DNA from: Bdellovibrionales bacterium
GTDB lineage: Bacteria; Bdellovibrionota; Bdellovibrionia; Bdellovibrionales; DASUEL01
Reading direction: 5' to 3'
DNA: 64,000 bases
Assembly: GCA_050250255.1 (NCBI GenBank)
Contig: JBFWOZ010000005.1
Location: forward strand, 24,434 to 88,433
Part shown: positions 35,055 to 43,222 of the stretch, in pieces
How positions within the stretch are numbered: the stretch's first letter is position 1
Layout of the letters: each line of letters starts with the position of its first letter
The notes under the pieces: generated by a model
The model's input: only the letters and a program-made list of their open reading frames with translations
Database searches by the model: none
What the model was told of the DNA's origin: nothing
Made by a program: the position numbers and the translations under genes

Positions 35055-35132
35055 GACAGCCTCTTACTCCAAATGCTTTGAGTTCTTTCGTCAATGACCA
35101 TAATTCATGTGGTCAAATACTAGTTGAATTTA

Positions 35133-35159
35133 AGATGGGTTCTCATTAATAAAAGTCAA
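35133..35159 (-). promoter_or_regulatory. Candidate sigma-32-type heat-shock promoter of clpB
   Basis: Minus strand reads aTTGACT-N14-aCCCATCT about 80 nt upstream of the clpB ATG. Compare the E. coli sigma-32 consensus CTTGAAA-N13-15-CCCCATNT. Confidence 0.35.
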
Positions 35160-35374
35160 TGGCCAAACAGGGTATATATCTTGATCCTATTCATCCCACT
35201 GATTTTCTTAAATTAAACATCACTTTTTATTGTGAACAGTGCTCTCACTACGATCCCGTAAACGATAAATGTACAATGGGATATAATCCCCAAAATCACA
35301 AAAAAGAAGTACAGATGAAAACTTATGAAATCAGCGGTCGCGTCGCTTTTTGCCGGCATATGGAAATTGATTAA
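35159..35374 (+). CDS. Small 71-aa four-Cys protein
   Basis: CxxC (C25, C28) plus C38 and C65. Its stop lies 2 nt before the ATG of the next gene, so the two are likely co-translated. Confidence 0.55.
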   Translation: MAKQGIYLDPIHPTDFLKLNITFYCEQCSHYDPVNDKCTMGYNPQNHKKEVQMKTYEISGRVAFCRHMEID

Positions 35375-35376
35375 AA

Positions 35377-36288
35377 ATGTTGGAGTGGGTTCTTCCTTTT
35401 TCTTTGTTGATTTTTCTTCTTCTTGTTGTGGGTTTTTATACGCAAAAGAAAACATTAGCACCAAGCTCCTCAACACCCCAACAGCCTACCGACACTACAA
35501 GTTTTTTAGAAATTAAAGATTTTAAAGTTTTCTATCAGCAAGCAGGAAGTGGCCCAGATGTTCTCCTTCTTCATGGAATTGGTGCCTCCTCCTATACGTG
35601 GAGACTCCTGCTCCCGCTCTTAAGCCGTCACTACCGTGTGACCGCCGTAGATTTGCCAGGCTTTGGTAAATCCACAAAGAATGTGTCGGTCTCTTATGGT
35701 TTAGACGCTCAAGTCGAACGGTTGATTGAAATCATGGATCGCTTAAGGATCTCTCAAGCTCACCTTGTTGGAAGCTCTATGGGCGGAGCCATTGCTCTCT
35801 GGCTCGCGAGAAAGTATCCTGAGCGCGTCCTTCATCTTGCCCTGATTTCGCCTGCCGCCTCTCAGGGACTTGTGCATTATGATTTTTTTAAGCACGCTCG
35901 CATCGGGACCTGGGTCACACCTTTCGTCGGCCCTCGAATTGGTCGGCGTATTCTCAATTACGTTTACCATGACCGAAATCTCATTACCGCCGAGACTGTC
36001 GAAAAGTATATGGAACCATATATGACAGATCCCGCGAGTGTTGTGACTTTCATCAAGGCGGTCGAAGCGCTTCGTGACGCAAGACTCCCCATCGATCTTT
36101 CACAAATTCAATGCAAAGTGGCCCTGTTGTATGGAGAACAAGATCTTGTGATTCGAAAAAAACACATGGAAAAAGTTCGCTCCTCTTTTGTAGCAGCTCC
36201 ACAATATTTTTCGCACCCAACCCTTGGACATCACCCCATGGAAGAAGATCCACAGTGGGTTTTTGAGTGTCTGCGCACATTTTTTTAG
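35377..36288 (+). CDS. Membrane-anchored alpha/beta hydrolase
   Basis: 303 aa with an N-terminal TM helix, oxyanion HGIGASS, nucleophile elbow GSSMGG, and a C-terminal GHHPMEE. Confidence 0.85.
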   Translation: MLEWVLPFSLLIFLLLVVGFYTQKKTLAPSSSTPQQPTDTTSFLEIKDFKVFYQQAGSGPDVLLLHGIGASSYTWRLLLPLLSRHYRVTAVDLPGFGKSTKNVSVSYGLDAQVERLIEIMDRLRISQAHLVGSSMGGAIALWLARKYPERVLHLALISPAASQGLVHYDFFKHARIGTWVTPFVGPRIGRRILNYVYHDRNLITAETVEKYMEPYMTDPASVVTFIKAVEALRDARLPIDLSQIQCKVALLYGEQDLVIRKKHMEKVRSSFVAAPQYFSHPTLGHHPMEEDPQWVFECLRTFF

Positions 36289-36744
36289 TCTTTTCTCTCC
36301 CAGTCCCTTGGCGAGTTCGTCAAAAAAAATGAATGATCGTCCAGTTTCTCTCCTCGTTCATCGTCGAGGAAAACAGGGTTTTTCGTCGAGAAATAATCAC
36401 TAAGGTCTGACAGACTCGACGAGGCCTTCGACTAAATCGTACAGACCTGGGCCTTTATACCGTCAAGAATCCAACTCTCGTCCCGAGAAGTTTGTTGTAG
36501 GTTGAATTGCTCGAGACAAGTTTTCTCTCAAGCACTTCACAAAAGAAAAATCTCATCGTTGAAAGGAGGATCATCAAGGATGACGAGAACAAAGTAGTAG
36601 AACGTTGACTGAATGTTTACCGCAAGAATGCGGATGTACTCAAACTAAGGCTAGGATGCCGACCCAATAAAGGGTTTTTTCAAGGAAGGGACTTTTATAT
36701 GAAATTAACTAACTAATTTAACGTTTTTTAAAACGGAGGATAAA

Positions 36745-37578
36745 ATGGGAATGCGAGTAACAACAAACGTAAGTGCGATCAATGCACAACGTAATTTGGT
36801 GAATAGCCAAAATCAAATCCAGAACTCTTTCGCTCAATTGTCGAGCGGAAGTCGTATCAATAAGTCTGCAGATGATGCTGCAGGTTTAGCAATCTCTGAT
36901 GGCCTACAAGCTCAAATCAGATCAGCTAGACAAGCTAACAGAAACGCTAACGACGGTATCTCTATGATTCAAGTCGCAGAGGGCGGTCTTTCTGAAATCA
37001 GCAACATCGTTACACGATTAAGAGAACTTGGTATCCAAGCTTCTTCTGATACAGTGGGCGATCGTGAACGTTCTTTCATCGATAAAGAGGTTCAAGCGTT
37101 GAAGTCAGAAGTTCAGCGTATCGCAAGCGTAACAACATGGGGCACAACAAAGCTTTTGGATGGAACTACTCCAAACTTTGATTTCCAAGTTGGTATCTTT
37201 AACAACGATTTCGAAGATAGAATCACATTTGCTGCTAGCGAAAACGTTGCTACAGTTGACTCTCTAGGTATCTCAGGACTCGATTACAACAATAAAGAGG
37301 GCGCTCAAATGGCACTTCAATCTCTTGATGAATCGATCCTAAAAGTGAACCAGATGCGCTCTAACTTCGGTGCTTTACAAAACCGATTGCAGTCTACATC
37401 TGCTAACTTAGGAGTTGCTGAAGAGAATTTATCAGCTGCTAACAGCCGTATCCGTGATACAGACGTAGCTCGCGCTTCTTCTGAACTCACTCGTAACAAC
37501 ATCTTGTTACAAGCTGGTACTGCAACTCTTGCTCAAGCCAACCAAGTTCCAAGCCTAGCTTTGAAATTGATTGGTTAA
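36745..37578 (+). CDS. fliC: Flagellin
   Basis: 277 aa. N-terminal NVSAINAQRNL...SSGSRINKSADDAAGLAIS and C-terminal SAANSRIRDTDVARASSELTRNNILLQAGTATLAQANQVPSLALKLIG. GGAGGA RBS. Confidence 0.95.
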   Translation: MGMRVTTNVSAINAQRNLVNSQNQIQNSFAQLSSGSRINKSADDAAGLAISDGLQAQIRSARQANRNANDGISMIQVAEGGLSEISNIVTRLRELGIQASSDTVGDRERSFIDKEVQALKSEVQRIASVTTWGTTKLLDGTTPNFDFQVGIFNNDFEDRITFAASENVATVDSLGISGLDYNNKEGAQMALQSLDESILKVNQMRSNFGALQNRLQSTSANLGVAEENLSAANSRIRDTDVARASSELTRNNILLQAGTATLAQANQVPSLALKLIG

Positions 37579-37600
37579 TTAATAAATAGTCAAAGATTGT

Positions 37601-37630
37601 GGCGTAAGTGGAAACACTTACGCCATTTTT
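37601..37630 (+). terminator. fliC rho-independent terminator
   Basis: GGCGTAAGTG-GAAA-CACTTACGCC perfect 10-bp stem followed by ATTTTT. Confidence 0.85.
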
Positions 37631-37685
37631 GTCCCGTCCTTCCGTTTTACTCGAATACCTCCAGTTGATCGGAGGTATTCACTTC
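37628..37685 (+). repeat. 58-nt repeat, copy 1 (contains a 10-bp hairpin at 37653-37680)
   Basis: TTTGTCCCGTCCTTCCGTTTTACTCGAATACCTCCAGTTGATCGGAGGTATTCACTTC. It matches copy 2 at 55/58 positions. Confidence 0.9.
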
Positions 37686-37939
37686 TTGAGATATGAGCTG
37701 CTCAAACTCGCAACAATTTTTTCGTCAAAAACTTCGACAGCCCCAACCGTGCCCCTTCCAGTCACCTAAAAATACTTAAAATTGAGGTCTGCGGCACTCC
37801 TTTACCCTCAGTGCCTATAAAATCATTAGAGATCTGTGGAATACTTCTTGTAGTTAGAATCACCATATCAGTTCGATATTGCCTGGAAATAGTTTCCAAC
37901 AAATTTTCGAACGGAATCGGATCAACCACGGGATCACTT

Positions 37940-38614
37940 ATGCAAACTATTGGGCTAAAAATAATGAGTATTATAGCGATGATTTTACTTCTTGAAGATT
38001 CTGGGTGGGCTCAGTATACACCGCAGACCTACGCTACCGCGGCCCACACCCGAGGACGATTAATCACCGCATCCGCACATGACCACCAAATTCTTTTACT
38101 GGAACATAGTACCGCAGAACTCTCTAAGTTTAAGCAGTATGCTTTTTTTGGAATACGAGATATCGAGAACGGTCTGCGAAGACAAGTCTTCGGCTTTAGA
38201 AAAGTAGGCGCTAATCTAGTTGAATCTGAATTGATGACAGAGCTCACTCGCGCATCTCCTCATGAATCTAGTTTTGATGGCTACTTTTTTTCTGAAGGCG
38301 GAAAAAAAGGTGAACCCGTTCTTATGAAGTCTCTGGGAGACCCTGACTTTAGCGGAAGCTATTCCATCTTTTTCTCCAATCGCAAAATCGCACGCAACGA
38401 AACCGGAGATGCTCGTCGGTACGAATCTCTAGATCTTCTCCTTGCAGAAGGACGTGACGGCAGACACCATCCTATCTACTTGGATCCCAAATCACTTACA
38501 CCTATCAATTCAGACTCAAACATTGAAAAACAGAGCTTTTACTCATGGCTGAGAAGGCAAAAACTCTCAGGACCTAAAGCCACTAAAGGTAAATGTGCTA
38601 TTCTTCATTACTGA
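37940..38614 (+). CDS. Exported hypothetical protein (~225 aa)
   Basis: The track ORF starts at a GTG (37811). The ATG at 37940 precedes a signal-like segment (MQTIGLKIMSIIAMILLLEDSGWA). No motif recognised. Confidence 0.6.
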   Translation: MQTIGLKIMSIIAMILLLEDSGWAQYTPQTYATAAHTRGRLITASAHDHQILLLEHSTAELSKFKQYAFFGIRDIENGLRRQVFGFRKVGANLVESELMTELTRASPHESSFDGYFFSEGGKKGEPVLMKSLGDPDFSGSYSIFFSNRKIARNETGDARRYESLDLLLAEGRDGRHHPIYLDPKSLTPINSDSNIEKQSFYSWLRRQKLSGPKATKGKCAILHY

Positions 38615-38651
38615 CTCAGCTAAAAAATGTTTTGCGTAACAACAAACGTAT

Positions 38652-38709
38652 TTTGTCCTGTCCTTCCGTTTTACTCGAATGCCTCCAGATGATCGGAGGT
38701 ATTCACTTC
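38652..38709 (+). repeat. 58-nt repeat, copy 2
   Basis: TTTGTCCTGTCCTTCCGTTTTACTCGAATGCCTCCAGATGATCGGAGGTATTCACTTC. Weaker similarity extends about 20 nt further upstream (GCGTAA...ACG), into a decayed copy of the fliC terminator. Confidence 0.9.
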
Positions 38710-38767
38710 AACGATGCCTCTCTAGCCTCCACTATTGTTTGGCTCACATTTTGCAATTTCTAACAGA

Positions 38768-39604
38768 ATGCGCTGGCTCTTACTTACTTTTTTATATTTA
38801 TCAATAGCTCAAGCTCATGCAACTCCACTCTCTTGTGGTGGCCTAAGCGGAGAAGACTATAGTCGTTTTTTTCGTAACAGTTCTACATTAGCTACAAAAA
38901 AAACTTATATTCCCAATATGTTAGAAGTTGAAGCCTATTTTAAGGAATGGCTTCTCAGCGAAAATACAAGCCAAACCTTTAAAGAGATGTTTTTTCAACT
39001 CCATCACCTGGCTGCAAATGGAAGCTCCGGCCGTTCCACCTACCGCCCACCTAAATCCCCTCCCAATATGAGGATAGGAGAAAAAAGGCAAGTCGCTCCT
39101 GTTCATTTAATTTTTGATCAAACGGTCATTAAAGAAATTCTTAAGTTAACAAGTCTAGAATGGAGAACTGATAGAGACGCCATCTATAGAATAAAATTGA
39201 GAGAGCCCCCTCCTGTCCTCCCCACTTTTTTTGCTCGTGGCGAAAAGCCCAATCGTGTCGGCCAAATTGAAATGGTTCATGCGATGGATCATGAATTAGA
39301 AGCCATTCACTCCAAAATGTCACATTTGCTTTCGGAAATTCGTTTAGATCTACAGCAGAAAAAACCAACGCGCACTGTGCTTGAAAAACTCGCTTACTAC
39401 TACCAACTTGGTTGTTTCGCACACACCTTTGAACGTATTAATAATTCTATATTAATGGCTCAGGTGAATGTTGTGCTCTCCTTACTTAGTATAACGCCGA
39501 TCCCCCATGGTAATATGGATATGATTATGCGGTCAGTAGATACCGATAAGGCGACGGAATATTTTTTTCAGCAAATAGAGCATGTCAACGGACCCATAAA
39601 ATAA
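38768..39604 (+). CDS. Exported protein with a degenerate Fic-like motif
   Basis: Signal peptide MRWLLLTFLYLSIAQAHA (the track ORF starts at TTG 38735). The segment FAHTFERINNSILMAQVNVVLSLLSITPIP resembles the Fic core HxFx(D/E)(G/A)N(G/K)R plus the following helix, but keeps only H, F and N. Confidence 0.65.
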   Translation: MRWLLLTFLYLSIAQAHATPLSCGGLSGEDYSRFFRNSSTLATKKTYIPNMLEVEAYFKEWLLSENTSQTFKEMFFQLHHLAANGSSGRSTYRPPKSPPNMRIGEKRQVAPVHLIFDQTVIKEILKLTSLEWRTDRDAIYRIKLREPPPVLPTFFARGEKPNRVGQIEMVHAMDHELEAIHSKMSHLLSEIRLDLQQKKPTRTVLEKLAYYYQLGCFAHTFERINNSILMAQVNVVLSLLSITPIPHGNMDMIMRSVDTDKATEYFFQQIEHVNGPIK

Positions 39605-39622
39605 AAAAGCCTACTGTTTCCA
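39600..39622 (+). repeat. 23-nt direct repeat, left copy
   Basis: AATAAAAAAGCCTACTGTTTCCA; matches 41077-41099 at 22/23 positions. Confidence 0.9.
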
Positions 39623-39907
39623 ATCCACTCTTTCAATAAATTACTTCATACAAGAAAAACATAAATAAATTCTCAAAATGATTGACGTGAAATTTTTGTC
39701 TTTATTATGTCGGAAGCTTGAGCAATGGCACAATAAATTTTAAATTTATGTTTTAGGAAAATAAATTCAGCACAGGCGAATAGCGCCCTCAATATTAAAC
39801 TTTAAAAGCTGGTTCTCCTCCCGTATTTTCATCACCAAAAAAACTCATGCTACAACTTCTTCAGCGAAGCTGAATCGTTTTTAGTTTCCAAATTTAAAGG
39901 AGCGTAG

Positions 39908-40912
39908 ATGAAAAATATGAAAGATGCAGAACTTTTAGTTCTAATTAAATCTAAAGTCCAAGCAGAGAGAAACCTGACGCTAGAAATCATTGATATTTTG
40001 CAGGAGATTCAAAGTCGTAGGCTTCATTTGCAGCGAGGCTATTCTTCTCTTCATGAGTTTTGCGTAAAAGAACTAAAATATTCTGATGGAGCAGCTTACC
40101 GAAGAATTAAGGCAATGAAACTTGTGGAAGAAATGCCTGAGGCTATTAAGTCTATTGAGAGCGGAAGTCTTACTTTGACAACTGCAAGCCAACTACAAAA
40201 TGTTTTTGAATCAAAAGCGAAAACCGCTAGACCGCTTACTCAAAATGAAAAAGCTAAACTCTTCCGCCAGATACAAAACCAATCCCGCCAAGAGGTAGAA
40301 CGAACGATTGCAAAGGTCTGCCCTGAAATCATTAAGCGCGATGAGAAAGTGAGGATGCTTAATAATATGCAAGTGAAAGTGGAACTCATTCTCGATGAGA
40401 AGCTTTACGCGAAGCTCGAAAGACTTAAAAATCTCACATCCCATAGAAACAAAAACTTCGTTGAGTTAATTGAGCATTTAGCAGACCAAGAATTAAAACG
40501 CATTGATCCTGAAGAAAAGGCGAAAATAAAAACCTCAAGCTCAAAGAAATCTTCTAATGCTGCAGCTCATAAAAATAGCGGCAATGGTTCATTCAAAACA
40601 GCTTCTCCAACGAAGCTTGATTTAACCCACGTGAAGACGAAAAACTCACGCTACATTCCTTCAGCAATCAGACATGCTGCTTGGATGAATAGTAAAGGTC
40701 GCTGCACATTTATCGATCCACTTACGAAAAGAAGATGTGATTCGAACCATCGACTTCAATTGGAGCATATTAAGCCCTATGCAATTGGTGGAGAAAACTC
40801 CGTCGACAACTTAAGAATACTTTGTGCGAATCACAACGAACTTACTGCGATTCGATTTTATGGGAAAAATAAAATTGAAAGTTATCAGCACCAAGGATCT
40901 GGTTGCTTCTAA
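39908..40912 (+). CDS. Stand-alone HNH endonuclease-domain protein
   Basis: 334 aa with an AAGGAG RBS. The C-terminal HNH core is CTFIDPLTKRRCDSNHRLQLEHIKPYAIGGENSVDNLRILCANHN. The N-terminal region is helical and no RuvC-like motif was seen. Confidence 0.88.
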   Translation: MKNMKDAELLVLIKSKVQAERNLTLEIIDILQEIQSRRLHLQRGYSSLHEFCVKELKYSDGAAYRRIKAMKLVEEMPEAIKSIESGSLTLTTASQLQNVFESKAKTARPLTQNEKAKLFRQIQNQSRQEVERTIAKVCPEIIKRDEKVRMLNNMQVKVELILDEKLYAKLERLKNLTSHRNKNFVELIEHLADQELKRIDPEEKAKIKTSSSKKSSNAAAHKNSGNGSFKTASPTKLDLTHVKTKNSRYIPSAIRHAAWMNSKGRCTFIDPLTKRRCDSNHRLQLEHIKPYAIGGENSVDNLRILCANHNELTAIRFYGKNKIESYQHQGSGCF

Positions 40913-40977
40913 ACTCGATCCTTACATTGGCACCTCCAAAGAAGCTTAATTTTCGAAATTTCAAAGAAGTCTAATGA

Positions 40978-41035
40978 AACTGCCAAACTTTAGCCCGCGA
41001 AGCGGGTGAGGGCCGGAAGCCCGAATTTGGCAGTT
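40978..41035 (+). other. GC-rich three-helix structured element
   Basis: Closing stem AACTGCCAAA / TTTGGCAGTT (10 bp, perfect) encloses two hairpins: CCCGC-GAA-GCGGG and GGGC-CGGAA-GCCC. Read directly. Confidence 0.6.
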
Positions 41036-41076
41036 GACCAACCATGGATGGGCGGCCTCTCACAAGATAACTTGCC

Positions 41077-41099
41077 AATAAAAAAGCCCACTGTTTCCA
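41077..41099 (+). repeat. 23-nt direct repeat, right copy (part of the terminator below)
   Basis: AATAAAAAAGCCCACTGTTTCCA. Confidence 0.9.
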
Positions 41100-41106
41100 G
41101 CAGGCT
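41079..41106 (-). terminator. Terminator of the 593-aa gene
   Basis: Minus strand reads AGCC-TG-CTG-GAAA-CAG-TG-GGCT followed by TTTTTT, about 25 nt after the stop. Confidence 0.6.
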
Positions 41107-41130
41107 TCTTCATTTTCAATAAGAAATATC

Positions 41131-42912
41131 TTAATGAGTTGCGAGCTGAGAAACCGCTACACCGCTATTCATCCAGTCTTGAACCAGCTTATAGTTTGCA
41201 GAGATCGCTTTTTGCTCGTAACGAAGAGGAACCTCAAACGGATTCACTCTTTGAGATGCGAACGTGCTCTTCAGCTTCATCAGTTCATCATCCATATATC
41301 CAGGAACCTTCTTCCATGTGCCACGAACCGCTTCATTCAGCTTCATGTAAGTCATGCCTTCGTAACCCAATTCTGTGAATGATCTTCCGCGGAAAACCAT
41401 GTCCCAAAATAGAGATGGTAGATAAATGGAAATTCCGATATTGAACGCGCTTCCTAACCACTTACCAAAATTCAAGTTTTGTGGCATCACGATACGTACC
41501 GCATCGGTGAATACTTCAAGAACCACACGGTTAAAGTGTTTATACCAACCTACGTTTTCGTAATGAAGCCAAGAAGGTTGCTTTGTGAGCCAATTTCTTG
41601 GAATCGCTAAAGAGACAATCCCCTTCTTCTTTTCATCTTTGAAGACCGTTGCGTGACGGTTGTCTGACCAAACCATAGCTGTGTATTTCTTCTTTTGAAG
41701 CCATTCTAAGTTTTGGTTACGTGCCTTTTCTTCTTTTTCCGTGACGATTCTTCGCTTTTCCACGCCGTCTGTCACGTCATCCGTTTCGATCATTTTATTG
41801 AGATAAAGCATCGTGATGGAAGTGTCGACGAAACTTCCTGGATCTTCCCACGGAATATTGATCGGATATTCTTCTCTCACGTAAGCTTCAAGAAGTTCTT
41901 GAAGAGCGTTCTCATGAGCATTCTGACGATTTTTTAAGCCGTTCGCAATACGAGATACGAAAAGAGAAATAAAAGAACCATATTTACCGAGAATAGATTC
42001 AAGGATCGCGGCGTTACGCTCCAAGTTACTGAGTCCATACTTATACGCTAAGATGTCGTACGGATTATAGTAGTTGAGCACCCAACCCGGAAGTTGAGGA
42101 GCTTGCTCCCCTAGCACGTTCATTGGCGCCCATTCTAAATTAAATTCTTGAGCGTCTTCGCTCCAATTCATTTTGAATTGAGCAATGAAATCCTGCAAAC
42201 CTTCGCGCTTCAGATCCTTCTTTAAAACCAATTTCGAAAACTCCGCCATAATGGGATAAAGCTTGTTTTCTTTTTCGGAAGATATATAAAGATCGGCCAT
42301 TGTAAAAGAAGTGGGCTTAAATCCCGAACGTCCTTTTCCGCCAGCAAGACGAGCTCCAACGTTTTTAGCGAGCCATTCGTCACGGAACTCTAATTTCGCA
42401 AATTCTTTTTTGCCACGAGCGATATCGCTTTCTGCAGAAGGAGTAAGCCATTTCGCTTCTTCCTTCGCAAAATCCGTATAGAACTGTTGATAAGTGGCGT
42501 CGGTTTCGTCACTTGGATCAAAATACATTCCATGACGAAGCACGTTTTCATTTTTCAACACGTCTTCTGGTGTCTCGTTCATTTTACGGTACTTATTCCA
42601 AAGACTTCTCAGAGACCATCCTCCGATTCCTATAGAACCAAGAAGCATGCTCTTCCACGTAAGAGGGTCCATCGTGTAATCAAACGCGACGACTGGGTAA
42701 CCATCTGGATCAAATAAAAATCCAAAACGATCCGCCACCTTGTAAAGCTTGAACTCCCCAGAAGGAGCAACAGCTTTTTTCTGCATTTCCTGCAGCGTAG
42801 GCGTTTTTTTGTATTTCGGGTTCTCCATAATTTCCTTCCAACTTCGTGGAAGGCCGGCATTGGCTGTAGATACCAGCGCAATACCAATAAAAAAGGCAAG
42901 AAAGCGACTCAT
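41131..42912 (-). CDS. Exported hypothetical protein (593 aa)
   Basis: Signal peptide MSRFLAFFIGIALVSTANAG. Long uninterrupted ORF; no motif recognised. Confidence 0.8.
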   Translation of the reverse strand: MSRFLAFFIGIALVSTANAGLPRSWKEIMENPKYKKTPTLQEMQKKAVAPSGEFKLYKVADRFGFLFDPDGYPVVAFDYTMDPLTWKSMLLGSIGIGGWSLRSLWNKYRKMNETPEDVLKNENVLRHGMYFDPSDETDATYQQFYTDFAKEEAKWLTPSAESDIARGKKEFAKLEFRDEWLAKNVGARLAGGKGRSGFKPTSFTMADLYISSEKENKLYPIMAEFSKLVLKKDLKREGLQDFIAQFKMNWSEDAQEFNLEWAPMNVLGEQAPQLPGWVLNYYNPYDILAYKYGLSNLERNAAILESILGKYGSFISLFVSRIANGLKNRQNAHENALQELLEAYVREEYPINIPWEDPGSFVDTSITMLYLNKMIETDDVTDGVEKRRIVTEKEEKARNQNLEWLQKKKYTAMVWSDNRHATVFKDEKKKGIVSLAIPRNWLTKQPSWLHYENVGWYKHFNRVVLEVFTDAVRIVMPQNLNFGKWLGSAFNIGISIYLPSLFWDMVFRGRSFTELGYEGMTYMKLNEAVRGTWKKVPGYMDDELMKLKSTFASQRVNPFEVPLRYEQKAISANYKLVQDWMNSGVAVSQLATH

Positions 42913-43222
42913 TGTTCCTCCTTGAATGATGAGCGTTCAATTTCTAATCTAATCCTTTTTTATTGATGCCACTATGCCATACCTGTCGATTTAGAAATTC
43001 TGAACCTACGTCGCAAGACTTTAAACACGTACAGTCGTGTGCGATTTTCTCTCGATAAAATGTCTATTTCCTCTCGTAAAAAATCTGATTCTTTTTTTGA
43101 GACGCAAAGATCTTCTTTTTTGATTATTTTTTATTCAATGTTTTCAAATACTTAGCCTAAAGGTGCGGAGACCTTAGTCCGAAAAGTATTTATCTCTAGA
43201 TGAAAAGAGAAAAGGAGTTCCA

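Noticed and set aside
36639-36665. Sigma-28 promoter for fliC (GCCGACCC as -10)
   Set aside because: No TAAA-type -35 lies at 15-16 nt, and the -10 matches only 5/8. It is not supportable by eye.
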